The notes: a model not told the origin generated them from the letters alone. Positions 27,400-36,885 are shown, counted from the first letter of the stretch. The stretch: 64,000 bases of DNA from an uncultured Polynucleobacter sp. (GCA_964402975.1 CAYOEM010000003.1:21766-85765), one strand, 5' to 3'. Made by a program: numbers and translations.

Positions 27400-28452
27400 T
27401 CAAAGATAGTAGGAGCCGATGGCTTCTTGGGCGGAATTGAAGCCCCTTAGCTTCAGTTCTCCAGCCAGTTCTTCGCAAATATTACGGACAGCACCGGGGC
27501 CACGGTATACCAAGGCCGTGTAAATTTGTACAGCGCAAGCGCCTCGGGCTAGTTTGTGGAATGCATCCACGCCTGACAAGACTCCCCCGGAGGCAATGAT
27601 GGGAAGGCTGCCCTTGGTGACCTCCCAGGCCCATTCGAGACACGAGTTTGACGGCGAGAGCAGTGGGTGGCCGCTTTGGCCTCCGGCCTGCGGCCATTCA
27701 ACACGGTGCGTGTTGGATAGAATTGCGCCCTGAAAGCCTTCCGTCTTGACGCTGGTAATCAAGGTTTGAAATGTTTTTTTGTCCATATCGGGATCGAGCT
27801 TGATCCAGCACTTGGATAGGATGTGCTCACAAGCTCCGGCTAATTCGCGCAAAAATTCTGGAGATGCTAGATCACGCAGTCCTGGCGTGTTGGGAGAGGA
27901 GATATTGATTGTCAGCCAGTGGGACTTTTTCTCGAACGCTCGCAAGCCTGTCACGAAGTCGTCGATAGACTTCGTGTTTGGTGTGTTTTTATTTTTCCCA
28001 ATATTAATACCGATCGGCACACGCGACGAAGACCAGTTCAGAGATTCAAGCCTTCGTAAAACGGCTTGAGCGCCATCACTGTTAAAGCCCATGCGATTGA
28101 TAATCGACATGGACTCCGGGTAGCGAAAGAGTCGTGGTTTTGGATTACCAGCTTGTGGTTGGGGCGTTACCGTGCCCAGCTCGAGAAATGAGAACCCCAT
28201 TTTTTCAAAGGCCGCCGGGCAGCGGGCATTTTTGTCAAAACCCGCAGCCAATCCGATCGGGTGTTTGAGTCGGCCGACGCCCGGAAGGTCAACGTTGAGT
28301 GCAACCGGTAACGGTTTGAGTGCAGGTGGAGGCAAGAGATTTAAGGCGCCACGCTCAAGGACGAACATGGCGAGATCATGGGCTAGCTCTGCAGGTAGCA
28401 GGCGCAGCAAAGCCGTCAGGATCCTGCCAATATTGTCGAAGCTTGGTCCCAT
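27400..28452 (-). CDS. pyrD: Dihydroorotate dehydrogenase (quinone), class 2
   Basis: GLAAGFDKN, GTVTPQPQAGNPKPRLFR, NRMGFN, NISSPNTPGLR, LSNT and GGV.SG are present. The preferred start is MGPSFDN (ATG at 28452); the track ORF begins at 28494. Confidence 0.92.
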   Translation of the reverse strand: MGPSFDNIGRILTALLRLLPAELAHDLAMFVLERGALNLLPPPALKPLPVALNVDLPGVGRLKHPIGLAAGFDKNARCPAAFEKMGFSFLELGTVTPQPQAGNPKPRLFRYPESMSIINRMGFNSDGAQAVLRRLESLNWSSSRVPIGINIGKNKNTPNTKSIDDFVTGLRAFEKKSHWLTINISSPNTPGLRDLASPEFLRELAGACEHILSKCWIKLDPDMDKKTFQTLITSVKTEGFQGAILSNTHRVEWPQAGGQSGHPLLSPSNSCLEWAWEVTKGSLPIIASGGVLSGVDAFHKLARGACAVQIYTALVYRGPGAVRNICEELAGELKLRGFNSAQEAIGSYYL

Positions 28453-28694
28453 ATGCGTGGATACTTTCAGGTCCTGTCGGCGGCTTAGGTCCACCGGTTC
28501 GCCAATGATAGGAGCATTCTAACGGCCCATCCGCAAGGATGAAAGAGGTTTTGCCATGGGGTGAGCGTAAACTGGTCGCCGAAATAATAGATCTCAGGAC
28601 CGATTTTATTCAAGATTCCAAGTCGCTCAAATGTGATGGTTTGCCACCGTTTTGGTGTATAATTTAAGTCGTCAAGTCGAGAGGGGGCCCCGCA

Positions 28695-31019
28695 GTGTAC
28701 ATCACCGGTATTAGGTTCAGAAAACACGGTGTCAAAGCCGTTCGCGGTTGGCGACTCACGGCGGGCGTTGGAAAATTGAGGCCCGTCGTTGCTTTTTATG
28801 GTGACTCGCGTGAGCTTGATACTTTAGCAAGAGCCCTTGTTTTTGCGCTTGCTGGCAGGCGTCACGAGGACCTCGCGGAGGTTTGGCTTGATGCAGCCGA
28901 CGATGCAGGTGATGTGTGGACTATTGAAAGGGGAACAAAAGGGACCCTTTTCAGGAAAAATAATCGTTTGTTGTCAACGGAAGAGGCACAGGGGTCCATG
29001 TTGGCGTCTCTTTTGGATCTTGATGCCAGTTTGAGTCGCGCCGAAGTTTTAGTTGCCCCGGTCGAGCTTCGTCAGATTATCACCAGAGGCTCGGATGTAG
29101 CGGCGACCGTATGGGATCTAAACAGTCGAGATGCCCGGGGAGACGTGGCTGCGTTGGTCGCGGCCCGTGAGTTATCAGCTCGCTGCGCAGAACTGGTGGG
29201 GCAGGATGAGTTTGGAGACGAGAAGAAGCTTTCTAGAATCGCAGGTCCATCTGCGAGGCTTCTTGGAGCCATGGATGAGCTGAATCGGCAAGCAGAGCAA
29301 CTTGGAACGCCTGGAGCCGATGAGCCCAAAATTGAGGCAGGGCTCGAGTTTATTCAATCTGAGATTGATGTTCTCAACCAAATTGACCAGCTGCTACGGC
29401 GTGTCAACGAGGGTGGAGAGACTTTTGGACGATTAGCTTCTTTATTAGAGTCATACGATTCGCGCCTCATTGAAATTGAAACAAAATGGTCCAAAGAGAC
29501 ATTAAGCGCCGTGGTCAAGCATGGTGAGGCATTCCGTTTGATCGATCTTTTGGTGCGGCTCAGGGCTTGCTCTAAATTTTCCGACAACATCAGTCGTATC
29601 AAGAAAGTTATAGATGAACAAATAAGACCAGTGAGCACTGACGGGGTAAGGGTTTGGAGTGATTATTTGACTGGTAGTCGATCCGACGGACAAGAGATCG
29701 AGAGCTGTCTTGCAAGTATGCTGCTGGGTGTTAAGCAAATGGCGCTCGAGGTCGATCGATATGTGTCACAAGCATCTGGAATCTCCCGTGGATCCTCCAA
29801 AGCTCAGACGGGCTGGTTTGAAAAGTTGAAGGCCGGCTCAACTCGATTGGTTGATGAGCGGTTTAAAGAGGCCTCCCCAGTTTTGCAGCAGCAACGAGAG
29901 TGGGTCGCGCGACTAGCGCGGGATGTAGATGCAGTAAAATTAGCCACTGAGTACGCGCTTCAAGCATCTCAGGGACTCACGGATAAGGTCAGTGCCGCAG
30001 GGGATAGGCTCCAAAAAGAAATATCTTCTTTGACCACTCTTTCTGCAAGGGTGTTATCAGATCTTGAGGCCTTGAGGGCTGAATGGAACGGGGTAGCCAA
30101 GGAATTTGCCATCCCAGAAACAACCGGCGTTGAGCAGCTTGTTGGTTTGATACGAGATGCGGGTGAGTACCTGGTGATCAGGGATACGAGACAGGACCTG
30201 GCTATTCGCGTTGAAGACCGTCGAGCGGTCCAGGCGGCATTAGAATCAGCCGTCAGACAGTGGTGGGATATTATCGGCAGTCAGAAGTCCACGGATCTTT
30301 CGAATTTATCATTTCTTGTCGGTGAGGCTAAAGGTGCGCTTCGTTACAGGGAAGGCCGTCGTCAGCGTATTCAAAAAGGTCTTGAAGATGCAGCACGCCG
30401 CTATGGTGCTCGAGCAACCTCTGACTGGGTAGCCCTGAGGCGCCAGGAAATCCGAAAAGAGTGGGCCAAATTGTTTTCAGGCGTCGATCTCCCTAGCCTG
30501 GAGCTTGACGATAACAGAGCCAGGGACGTGGTCGAACTTGCGCATCGCTGCGCTGCTCTGCTTGACGTTGCCAGGATAGAGGAGCAGGAAAGATTTTCGG
30601 CGGCCTCGTTATGGCCATCCAGGCTTGATTCGGCTGTATTAGTTTATCGCTGGTTAGACGAGCGAGTTCCACCGACTCAGAAGACAACCTTTGTTAAATC
30701 CCTAGGCTCGTTCACCGGGGATGGCAGTGTTCCGGTCGTACTGATGATGACGGATCCTGATATGGTCAAGAGTCTTGTTAACCTTGGGGCGGGGTCGGCA
30801 ACGGTTATAGACATCGATGATCTTGCGGCCATTGATGGCCCGAGACGAGAGGGTGCTATCGTAAAAGCCGAGCTGAGAAGCCGAAAGTCTCACCCCGTTA
30901 AACAGGATCAATCGGCGCAACCTAGTCAGTCCAATCCCAACCAACAGTCGGCTCGAGGCGACCTTCTAACCCGCGCTGAGGCGGCGTTACGGGTGCTCAA
31001 TCCAAAAGCCAGTCGTTAG
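28695..31019 (+). CDS. Large coiled-coil protein with an SMC/Rad50/YhaN-like head whose nucleotide-binding motifs are eroded
   Basis: GTG start. The N-terminus MYITGIRFRKHG...VVAFYGDSRELDTLARALVFALAG resembles the SMC-type N-terminal head, but GxxGxGKS/T is replaced by GDSRELDT. The middle is long, Ala/Leu/Glu/Arg-rich and helical. The C-terminal VPVVLMMTDPD sits where Walker B (hhhhDE) is expected. Confidence 0.55.
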   Translation: MYITGIRFRKHGVKAVRGWRLTAGVGKLRPVVAFYGDSRELDTLARALVFALAGRRHEDLAEVWLDAADDAGDVWTIERGTKGTLFRKNNRLLSTEEAQGSMLASLLDLDASLSRAEVLVAPVELRQIITRGSDVAATVWDLNSRDARGDVAALVAARELSARCAELVGQDEFGDEKKLSRIAGPSARLLGAMDELNRQAEQLGTPGADEPKIEAGLEFIQSEIDVLNQIDQLLRRVNEGGETFGRLASLLESYDSRLIEIETKWSKETLSAVVKHGEAFRLIDLLVRLRACSKFSDNISRIKKVIDEQIRPVSTDGVRVWSDYLTGSRSDGQEIESCLASMLLGVKQMALEVDRYVSQASGISRGSSKAQTGWFEKLKAGSTRLVDERFKEASPVLQQQREWVARLARDVDAVKLATEYALQASQGLTDKVSAAGDRLQKEISSLTTLSARVLSDLEALRAEWNGVAKEFAIPETTGVEQLVGLIRDAGEYLVIRDTRQDLAIRVEDRRAVQAALESAVRQWWDIIGSQKSTDLSNLSFLVGEAKGALRYREGRRQRIQKGLEDAARRYGARATSDWVALRRQEIRKEWAKLFSGVDLPSLELDDNRARDVVELAHRCAALLDVARIEEQERFSAASLWPSRLDSAVLVYRWLDERVPPTQKTTFVKSLGSFTGDGSVPVVLMMTDPDMVKSLVNLGAGSATVIDIDDLAAIDGPRREGAIVKAELRSRKSHPVKQDQSAQPSQSNPNQQSARGDLLTRAEAALRVLNPKASR

Positions 31020-31047
31020 CGTATTTTATCACTGCTGTTCTCTTCAG

Positions 31048-31073
31048 GCCCCACCCATACGTCTCGGTGGGGC
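31048..31073 (+). terminator. GC-rich hairpin after the 774-aa gene (weak terminator candidate)
   Basis: GCCCCACC-(10-nt loop)-GGTGGGGC. No clear T-run follows it. Confidence 0.3.
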
Positions 31074-31888
31074 TGCTGCAAATTTATTCATCGAAAGATG
31101 CTTCAAAGACTATTTTGTTGGTTTGCCTCTGACTCGTAGACGCGCTTCAACTGAAGAGGCACTGGTCATAGGTCTCGTATCAATATAGCTGAAGCAGCCA
31201 TCTGCATCTGGGTCAAAATTGCCCCTCTGGTGTTTTTGAGTTTTTAGCCGCCAGTGTTCGGGGGCGTTGGTTCTGTCGATGGTCCAGGCAGTGATGCCAG
31301 TGTTTTGAGGCGAGTTGAAAGAAACGGCAAAGCCTTATAGGCCAAGCTGCGCAGCCATATTTTGTTGGTTGTTGAGGGTGGGTGATGGCCACTCGAACGG
31401 AGCAGATTAAGATTTTTTGACTTGGTCAAGCCCGTTAAAGGAGAGCGCGCCGCTTTGCTCGCTGACCTCACCCCCGGGGGTTGCTGTTCGTCTTGGTCGC
31501 ATGCGGTGGTTGGGGGGTTCGCCAACCTAGTCGATTCGCCTCGTCGAGCGCTGACTGCCGCGACCCATTAATCCATGATGTTTTTGAAAACGTTGTGCGC
31601 CAACGATTGCAAGGATCGTTGGTGTCGTCGTCAGCGTTTGCAAATCCGTCTCAACCGGGAAATTTTTTCCAAACGTTGTCAGTATTTTCTGTGCGTGGTC
31701 GATCAGAAATATTGTGCGCTTAAAAAAAAATGAAAAAAGTTTTCTCTGAGGTATAGTAATTTTAATTCGTGTTGTGTTATTATTTTCTCATAAGCTTCTC
31801 GCTCGCAAAGAAATCTATACTCGTGAGAGTATGGCAGAGGGCTTAGGACGAAAGTCGAAAAGACAAATTTTAGGAGGAGTGTTTAACA

Positions 31889-32086
31889 ATGGATAACATG
31901 GAACAAGGAGCAGCCGTGGCTAAGAAAGCAACAAGAAAAAAAGCAACGAAGAAAAAAGCAGCTAAAAAAGCGACAAAAAAAGCTACTCGCAAAGCACCTA
32001 AAAAGGCTGCTAAAAAAGCGACGAAAAAAGCTACTCGTAAAAAAGCTGCTAAAAAAGCAACTAAGAAGGCTTCCAAGAAGAAGTAA
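31889..32086 (+). CDS. Histone H1-like Lys/Ala-rich nucleoid-associated protein (65 aa)
   Basis: AGGAGGAG Shine-Dalgarno lies 8-9 nt upstream of the ATG. The translation is (A/T)KKA-type repeats. A strong terminator follows 45 nt downstream. Repeat copies differ only at synonymous positions. Confidence 0.75.
   Translation: MDNMEQGAAVAKKATRKKATKKKAAKKATKKATRKAPKKAAKKATKKATRKKAAKKATKKASKKK
31958..32071 (+). repeat. In-frame tandem DNA repeat inside the H1-like gene
   Basis: The 36-nt blocks at 31958-31993 and 32006-32041 (GC[A/T]GCTAAAAAAGCGAC[A/G]AAAAAAGCTACTCG[C/T]AAA) differ at 3 third-codon positions only. Both encode AAKKATKKATRK. A third, degenerate copy starts near 32045. Confidence 0.7.
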
Positions 32087-32130
32087 TTCTCCTTGGACTT
32101 TCCTTTTTAGGGAGTCTTTTAAAACGATGT

Positions 32131-32164
32131 CCCGTGTGGGTTACGACCCACACGGGTTTTTTTT
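32131..32164 (+). terminator. Rho-independent terminator of the H1-like gene
   Basis: CCCGTGTGGG-TTACGA-CCCACACGGG forms a 10-bp perfect stem, followed by T8. Confidence 0.88.
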
Positions 32165-32291
32165 ATAGCGTTTTGCCCAAACAATAGACATCCATCCCTA
32201 AAACTATTGAAGTGCGGGGTCTTTGTTGGCATAACCTAGGGCTCGTTTTCTCATCCATGGGTTTGAATGAACTCGTCTCTAGGAGGTCAAG

Positions 32292-34430
32292 GTGGAGTCT
32301 GTTGTCGGTATTATTACCCTGTGCGGTGTTCTGGCGCTCGTTGTGGCAGCGTATTTTGCCGTCCGGGTCAACTCTTTGAAGCTAACGGCCGCCGAGGTCA
32401 ATGCCTCTGAGGACGTTGTTGCGCGTTTGAGAGAGATTTCGGGAGCGATTTCCGAGGGCGCCATGGCTTTCTTAGCCCAGGAATACAAATTCGTGGGTGT
32501 TTTTGCAGCCGCCTTTGCTGTAGTGATCGCGCTTGCTCTGGATAATCCCGAAACTGCCGCCGTAAACGAGGGACTTTACAGTGCTGTCGCCTTCGTTCTT
32601 GGGGCCTTGATCTCAAGTGTATGTGCCTTTATGGGGATGAAAATTGCCACCCAAGGTAACGTTCGAACTGCCGTAGCCGCTCGTCGAAGCATCACAGACG
32701 CATTTAGGGTCGCATTTCGATCCGGCGCCGTGATGGGTTTTGGTCTTACGGGTTTGGCCGTTCTTGGGCTTTTGGCCGTGGTAGTGGTTTTTGATTCCAT
32801 GCTGGCGAATTCCGGCATTGAGAAACACTATATTATGGAGATGGTTGCTGGCTTCGGTCTCGGTGGATCCACAGTCGCCCTTTTTGGACGGGTGGGTGGT
32901 GGTATTTACACCAAAGCAGCCGATGTTGGAGCTGACTTGGTTGGTAAGGTTGAAGCTGGTATCCCTGAAGATGATCCACGGAACCCGGCGGTCATTGCCG
33001 ATAACGTCGGCGATAACGTGGGTGACATCGCTGGCATGGGTGCCGACCTTTTCGGTTCATGTGCCGAGGCCACTTGCGCTGCGTTGGTGATTGGTGCCAC
33101 GTCGGCGGCCCTTGCGGGTAATCTTAACGCCTTGCTCTATCCGCTACTGATTAGTGCCATCGGAATTCCGGTTTGTCTGATTACCGCGTTTTTTGCCAGA
33201 TTAAAACCAGATGCCAAGCAGGTAGAGCCTACTCTAAGGGGTCAGCTCATTATCTCGACGGTTCTCATGTCGATTGCCATGTATTTCGCGACTAAGTACC
33301 TGATGCTTGACTCCTTCACCATTGGTGAGGTCGAAATTACTAACGACAAAGTGTTGTACTCGGTACTGGCTGGCCTTTGGTCAGGAATGGTGATTGGCTA
33401 TATGACGGAAGTGTACACGTCGCATGGCTTCAAACACGTACGTCGGCTTGCACAGGCATCAGATAAGGGTCCGGCGATCAATATCATTTACGGTCTATCG
33501 CTAGGCTATGAGTCGGCGGTTGTGCCGGTCGTAGCTATAGCTGTAACTGTTTATATTGCTTGGACGTTGGCCGGCATGTACGGCATCGCATTGTCTGCAA
33601 TCGGTATGATTTCCACAATTGCCACTGGTCTTACGATAGATGCATATGGACCGGTCTCCGATAATGCAGGTGGCATCGCGGAGATGGCGGAGCTCGGTAA
33701 AGACATCCGCGAGAGAACAGATCTCCTTGACGCTGCAGGTAATACAACCGCCGCAATCGGGAAGGGTTTTGCCATTGGTTCGGCTGTATTGACGGCTCTA
33801 GCACTTTTCGCTGCGTTCCTTACGAGAGCTCAATTTGAGTCTCTGAACATGCTATCTCCCATGGTTTTTGCCGGTCTATTTGTGGGAGGGGTCTTGCCAT
33901 TCCTATTCACCGCCCAAACCATGCTAGCTGTGGGCCGTGCTGCAGAGGGTATGATCCACGAGGTGCGACGTCAGTTCCGCGAGATTCCTGGTCTTTTGGA
34001 GGGTAAAGCCCGCCCGGATTACCGAAGCTGTGTGGCGATATCCACCAATTCAGCTCTCAAAGAGATGATTGCACCTGCAATTTTGGTGATTGCATCTCCT
34101 ATCGTCATTGGTGTTGTCTTTGGCGTCGAAGCGCTGGCCGGTGTTTTGGCTGGATCAATGGTGTCTGGAATCGTGATGGCTCTATCCACGTCCAACTCTG
34201 GTGGCGGCTGGGATAACGCCAAGAAGTACATTGAAAAACACGAGGGTAAGGGCACCGACAAGCATAAAGCTGCAGTCGTGGGTGACACCGTTGGTGATCC
34301 GTTCAAGGATACCTCTGGTCCGTCTCTGAATATCCTGATGAAGCTTATGGCCATCATCAGCCTCGTATTTGTTCCGTTTTTCCAGAACGCTCACGAATGG
34401 TTGATGGGTGTACTTGGAATAGGACAATAA
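32292..34430 (+). CDS. hppA: Membrane-integral ion-translocating pyrophosphatase (K+-dependent sequence type)
   Basis: 712 aa and polytopic. GTG start with AGGAGG upstream. Motifs [26 protein letters not shown] and DTVGDPFKD are present. Confidence 0.95.
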   Translation: MESVVGIITLCGVLALVVAAYFAVRVNSLKLTAAEVNASEDVVARLREISGAISEGAMAFLAQEYKFVGVFAAAFAVVIALALDNPETAAVNEGLYSAVAFVLGALISSVCAFMGMKIATQGNVRTAVAARRSITDAFRVAFRSGAVMGFGLTGLAVLGLLAVVVVFDSMLANSGIEKHYIMEMVAGFGLGGSTVALFGRVGGGIYTKAADVGADLVGKVEAGIPEDDPRNPAVIADNVGDNVGDIAGMGADLFGSCAEATCAALVIGATSAALAGNLNALLYPLLISAIGIPVCLITAFFARLKPDAKQVEPTLRGQLIISTVLMSIAMYFATKYLMLDSFTIGEVEITNDKVLYSVLAGLWSGMVIGYMTEVYTSHGFKHVRRLAQASDKGPAINIIYGLSLGYESAVVPVVAIAVTVYIAWTLAGMYGIALSAIGMISTIATGLTIDAYGPVSDNAGGIAEMAELGKDIRERTDLLDAAGNTTAAIGKGFAIGSAVLTALALFAAFLTRAQFESLNMLSPMVFAGLFVGGVLPFLFTAQTMLAVGRAAEGMIHEVRRQFREIPGLLEGKARPDYRSCVAISTNSALKEMIAPAILVIASPIVIGVVFGVEALAGVLAGSMVSGIVMALSTSNSGGGWDNAKKYIEKHEGKGTDKHKAAVVGDTVGDPFKDTSGPSLNILMKLMAIISLVFVPFFQNAHEWLMGVLGIGQ

Positions 34431-34454
34431 TAGGCATTTGCTGTTAAAATTGAG

Positions 34455-34490
34455 GGGCGCGGAAGCTTGCTTTCGCGCCCTTCGATTTTT
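34455..34490 (+). terminator. Rho-independent terminator of hppA
   Basis: GGGCGCGGAA-GCTTGC-TTTCGCGCCC forms a 10-bp stem (one G-U pair), followed by TTCGATTTTT. Confidence 0.75.
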
Positions 34491-34532
34491 ATAAACCGGC
34501 TGAGTGCCGAAAGAGTCATGTAGGGGGCAGGC

Positions 34533-35018
34533 GTGGCTATTAGAGTATTTGTGACGGGTGGTACGTTTGATAAAGAGTACAATGAAATTGATGGAACGCT
34601 CTTCTTCAAAGACTCTCATATCAATGAGCTTTTGGCGCTGGGTCGCTGCAAACAAGATGTTATTTCGACAACTCTCATGATGGTTGACAGTCTTGAGATG
34701 ACTGATGGCGATCGTCTCACGATCCTTGATAACTGCAGACGATGTCAGGAAAATCAAATCATCATCACGCATGGAACAGATACCATGACCGAAACGGCGA
34801 AGGTTCTGGGGCAAGCTAATTTGCCAAAGACTATCGTGATGACCGGAGCCATGATCCCGTTCAAATTTGGTAGCTCCGATGGGTTATTTAATATGGGTTG
34901 CGCTATCGGCTTTGTTCAGGCGCTCAAACCAGGAGTGTATATCGCCATGAACGGCCGAGTTTTCAACTGGGATAACGTGAAGAAAAATCGCAAGCGTGGT
35001 GAGTTTGAGGAACTATAA
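34533..35018 (+). CDS. Single-domain asparaginase-family protein (N-terminal catalytic domain only, 161 aa)
   Basis: VTGGTFD (TGGT motif), DSLEMT, ITHGTDTM and VMTGAMIPF...SDG follow the order of asparaginase N-domain motifs. No C-terminal domain is present. Confidence 0.75.
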   Translation: MAIRVFVTGGTFDKEYNEIDGTLFFKDSHINELLALGRCKQDVISTTLMMVDSLEMTDGDRLTILDNCRRCQENQIIITHGTDTMTETAKVLGQANLPKTIVMTGAMIPFKFGSSDGLFNMGCAIGFVQALKPGVYIAMNGRVFNWDNVKKNRKRGEFEEL

Positions 35019-35042
35019 CGGGTGAGGGCTTTATGGATGCTC

Positions 35043-35489
35043 TTAAAGCCCGAAATCGGCCGAACCCTGTCCCACGTCGCTGCCATTCAGAGTGACTTTA
35101 TAATGGATCGGAGAGACCTTCGATATCATGGCACTTACGCCGCAGTATTTCGTCAAACTCTTTTCGACGGCATCGTTTATCATCTCTGGAGTGATGTCCT
35201 TATCTTCAACGTTAAAATGAAGGTGGATGGCATCAAAGATTCTTGGGTGCTCGATTCGCGGCTCGGCATCTGCTGAAATGTGGAGTTTCTTTGGGCTAAT
35301 ACGATGCTTTTTGAGACTGGAAATTATATCCATCCCCGTGCAGCCTAGGATACAAGACAATACAAGTTCCTTTGGGCTTGGTCCTTGATTGTCGCCGCCA
35401 GCGGCTTCCTTGGTGTCCAAAGTAAGCGCATGCTCGCGGATTTTAGAATAAAATTTGAACTTGCCAGCGTGAGTTACTTCGGCGTGCAT
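35043..35489 (-). CDS. OsmC/Ohr-family peroxiredoxin-like protein
   Basis: SPKELVLSCILGCTG and LTKYCGVSAM carry the two conserved Cys in the OsmC arrangement. Confidence 0.85.
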   Translation of the reverse strand: MHAEVTHAGKFKFYSKIREHALTLDTKEAAGGDNQGPSPKELVLSCILGCTGMDIISSLKKHRISPKKLHISADAEPRIEHPRIFDAIHLHFNVEDKDITPEMINDAVEKSLTKYCGVSAMISKVSPIHYKVTLNGSDVGQGSADFGL

Positions 35490-35496
35490 AGTTACG

Positions 35497-36885
35497 TCAT
35501 ATCTCCTTGATATTTTCGCCTGTCACCTGAAATAGGAAAACGGGCCAGCTGCTCTCGCGGCCACTGTCAAATGCCAATTCCGATTTTGGAAAGTACATGT
35601 CCCATTTATTTGTCATCGACTGCAGCCGATTGGCGATTTCATGACGGTTTAATCCGTAGCGAGCCGCCTCCGCACCGAGGCTGCCCAATCGGTGGCCGAT
35701 AATTTGATAGTCAATCTTACTGGCAGCCTGAGCGGTAGTGAAATAGTCGTTATCTGAGAGCGGCGTTTCGATAGAGTTGGGGAGGTTACGGTAGTTCCCA
35801 ATAAAGTCGACGAAGATCGCGCCCTGCAAAGTCTCTTCTCTAGGTATTACTAGGGCAGGAGACCTCCACTGTTGATTGCCAGCGAACAGTATTTTATTGC
35901 CTGGCAATGATGTGCCGAGGATGTTGACAATGTGGCGCACCATTCTGAAATTATCCAGAATCAAAACGGCGGGCTTGTCGGAGCTGTTGGCAAGTCGCGG
36001 CACCTGGGATTTGACCGCGTTTAAAATAGATTGGGGGTTTTCCGGGTTGTAGGAGGCTTGGGAAAACGCATAACCGCCACCTAACTCTCGTCTCAGGAGT
36101 TGATAGAGGTCCAAATTAGCTCCGTTCGGATAGAGTGTTGTAATTGTTTTGACAGAGCTTGATCGAAAGTGATCGGACAACCTACTCGCCAGTCGTTTAA
36201 TTGGAGGGTAAACCCGCATCGTTTGTCTGGTCAAACCTAGTTGTGCATGGGGATTTACGATCAGGGCAGGTGTCTGTGTTTGATCAGCCAACTGCGCCAT
36301 CGCATTAGCATGACTTATTGACAAACCTCCAATCAATATCGCAACTCGCTCTATGTGTACGAGCTCTGCCACAGTTCTCGTAGCCTCTCCGATGTCTTTG
36401 CCGACCCGTCGGATCACTAAAGTCCTGTCAGGAGAATATCCGGACTGTACTAACTGAATTTTGACTTGATCGAGGATCGTCTGCAGCGCCGCTTCGTTGG
36501 TAGAGTCAGCTGGTAGTATGAAGCCTATTTTGTAAGTTTTTGAGGCGAAGATCGTCTCGAAGTCATTTAAAATTTCGCCACGCTTCTTAAATGAATCACA
36601 TTGCTGAGGTTTGTAAGATGCGATTCGCTCTGGCCACTGCAACTTGGCCTTCTGCTCGTTTGAAAGCGATGTGATTGACGCTATTAGGGTCGCAGGGATG
36701 ACCTCAATGGCCTTCGTGCAGTACTCTTTGGCGCGGTAATGACGTGGTGTTAGGACCGTTTTCTCTAACTTGTTTGAGCTGGTGAGGACGTCCACGGTTC
36801 GATCTGGACCAATAAGCCGACAGCCGTTAGACAGCAGAAGAGTCACGAGTAGCGCGGGCACATTATTTGGTCTAAAAACCTTCAA
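35497..36885 (-). CDS. Probable lipoprotein with a type-1 periplasmic-binding-protein fold (LpoA-like candidate)
   Basis: A signal peptide ending LLSNGC, then YKIGFILPA....A...I...V..., ILIGGLS and ALIVNP reminiscent of Leu/Ile/Val-binding-type folds. It lies 17 nt downstream of the PBP1A gene on the same strand. Confidence 0.5.
   Translation of the reverse strand: MKVFRPNNVPALLVTLLLSNGCRLIGPDRTVDVLTSSNKLEKTVLTPRHYRAKEYCTKAIEVIPATLIASITSLSNEQKAKLQWPERIASYKPQQCDSFKKRGEILNDFETIFASKTYKIGFILPADSTNEAALQTILDQVKIQLVQSGYSPDRTLVIRRVGKDIGEATRTVAELVHIERVAILIGGLSISHANAMAQLADQTQTPALIVNPHAQLGLTRQTMRVYPPIKRLASRLSDHFRSSSVKTITTLYPNGANLDLYQLLRRELGGGYAFSQASYNPENPQSILNAVKSQVPRLANSSDKPAVLILDNFRMVRHIVNILGTSLPGNKILFAGNQQWRSPALVIPREETLQGAIFVDFIGNYRNLPNSIETPLSDNDYFTTAQAASKIDYQIIGHRLGSLGAEAARYGLNRHEIANRLQSMTNKWDMYFPKSELAFDSGRESSWPVFLFQVTGENIKEI

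Noticed and set aside
28485-28727. An 80-aa minus-strand ORF in the pyrD / SMC-like divergent region.
   Set aside because: It overlaps the N-terminal SMC-like head motif of the 774-aa gene and the extended pyrD 5' end. It has no SD or motif and most likely falls in the promoter region. This rejection is not absolute.
31870-32076. A 68-aa minus-strand ORF (FLAAFLRVAFFVAFLAAF...) opposite the H1-like gene.
   Set aside because: It is the mirror image of the AAA/GCT-rich coding repeat. The plus-strand gene has the SD and terminator, while the antisense product is an artefactual Phe/Ala/Leu repeat.
34182-34814. A 210-aa minus-strand ORF bridging the hppA 3' end and the asparaginase-like gene.
   Set aside because: It crosses the hppA terminator and is antisense to two genes with clear family motifs.
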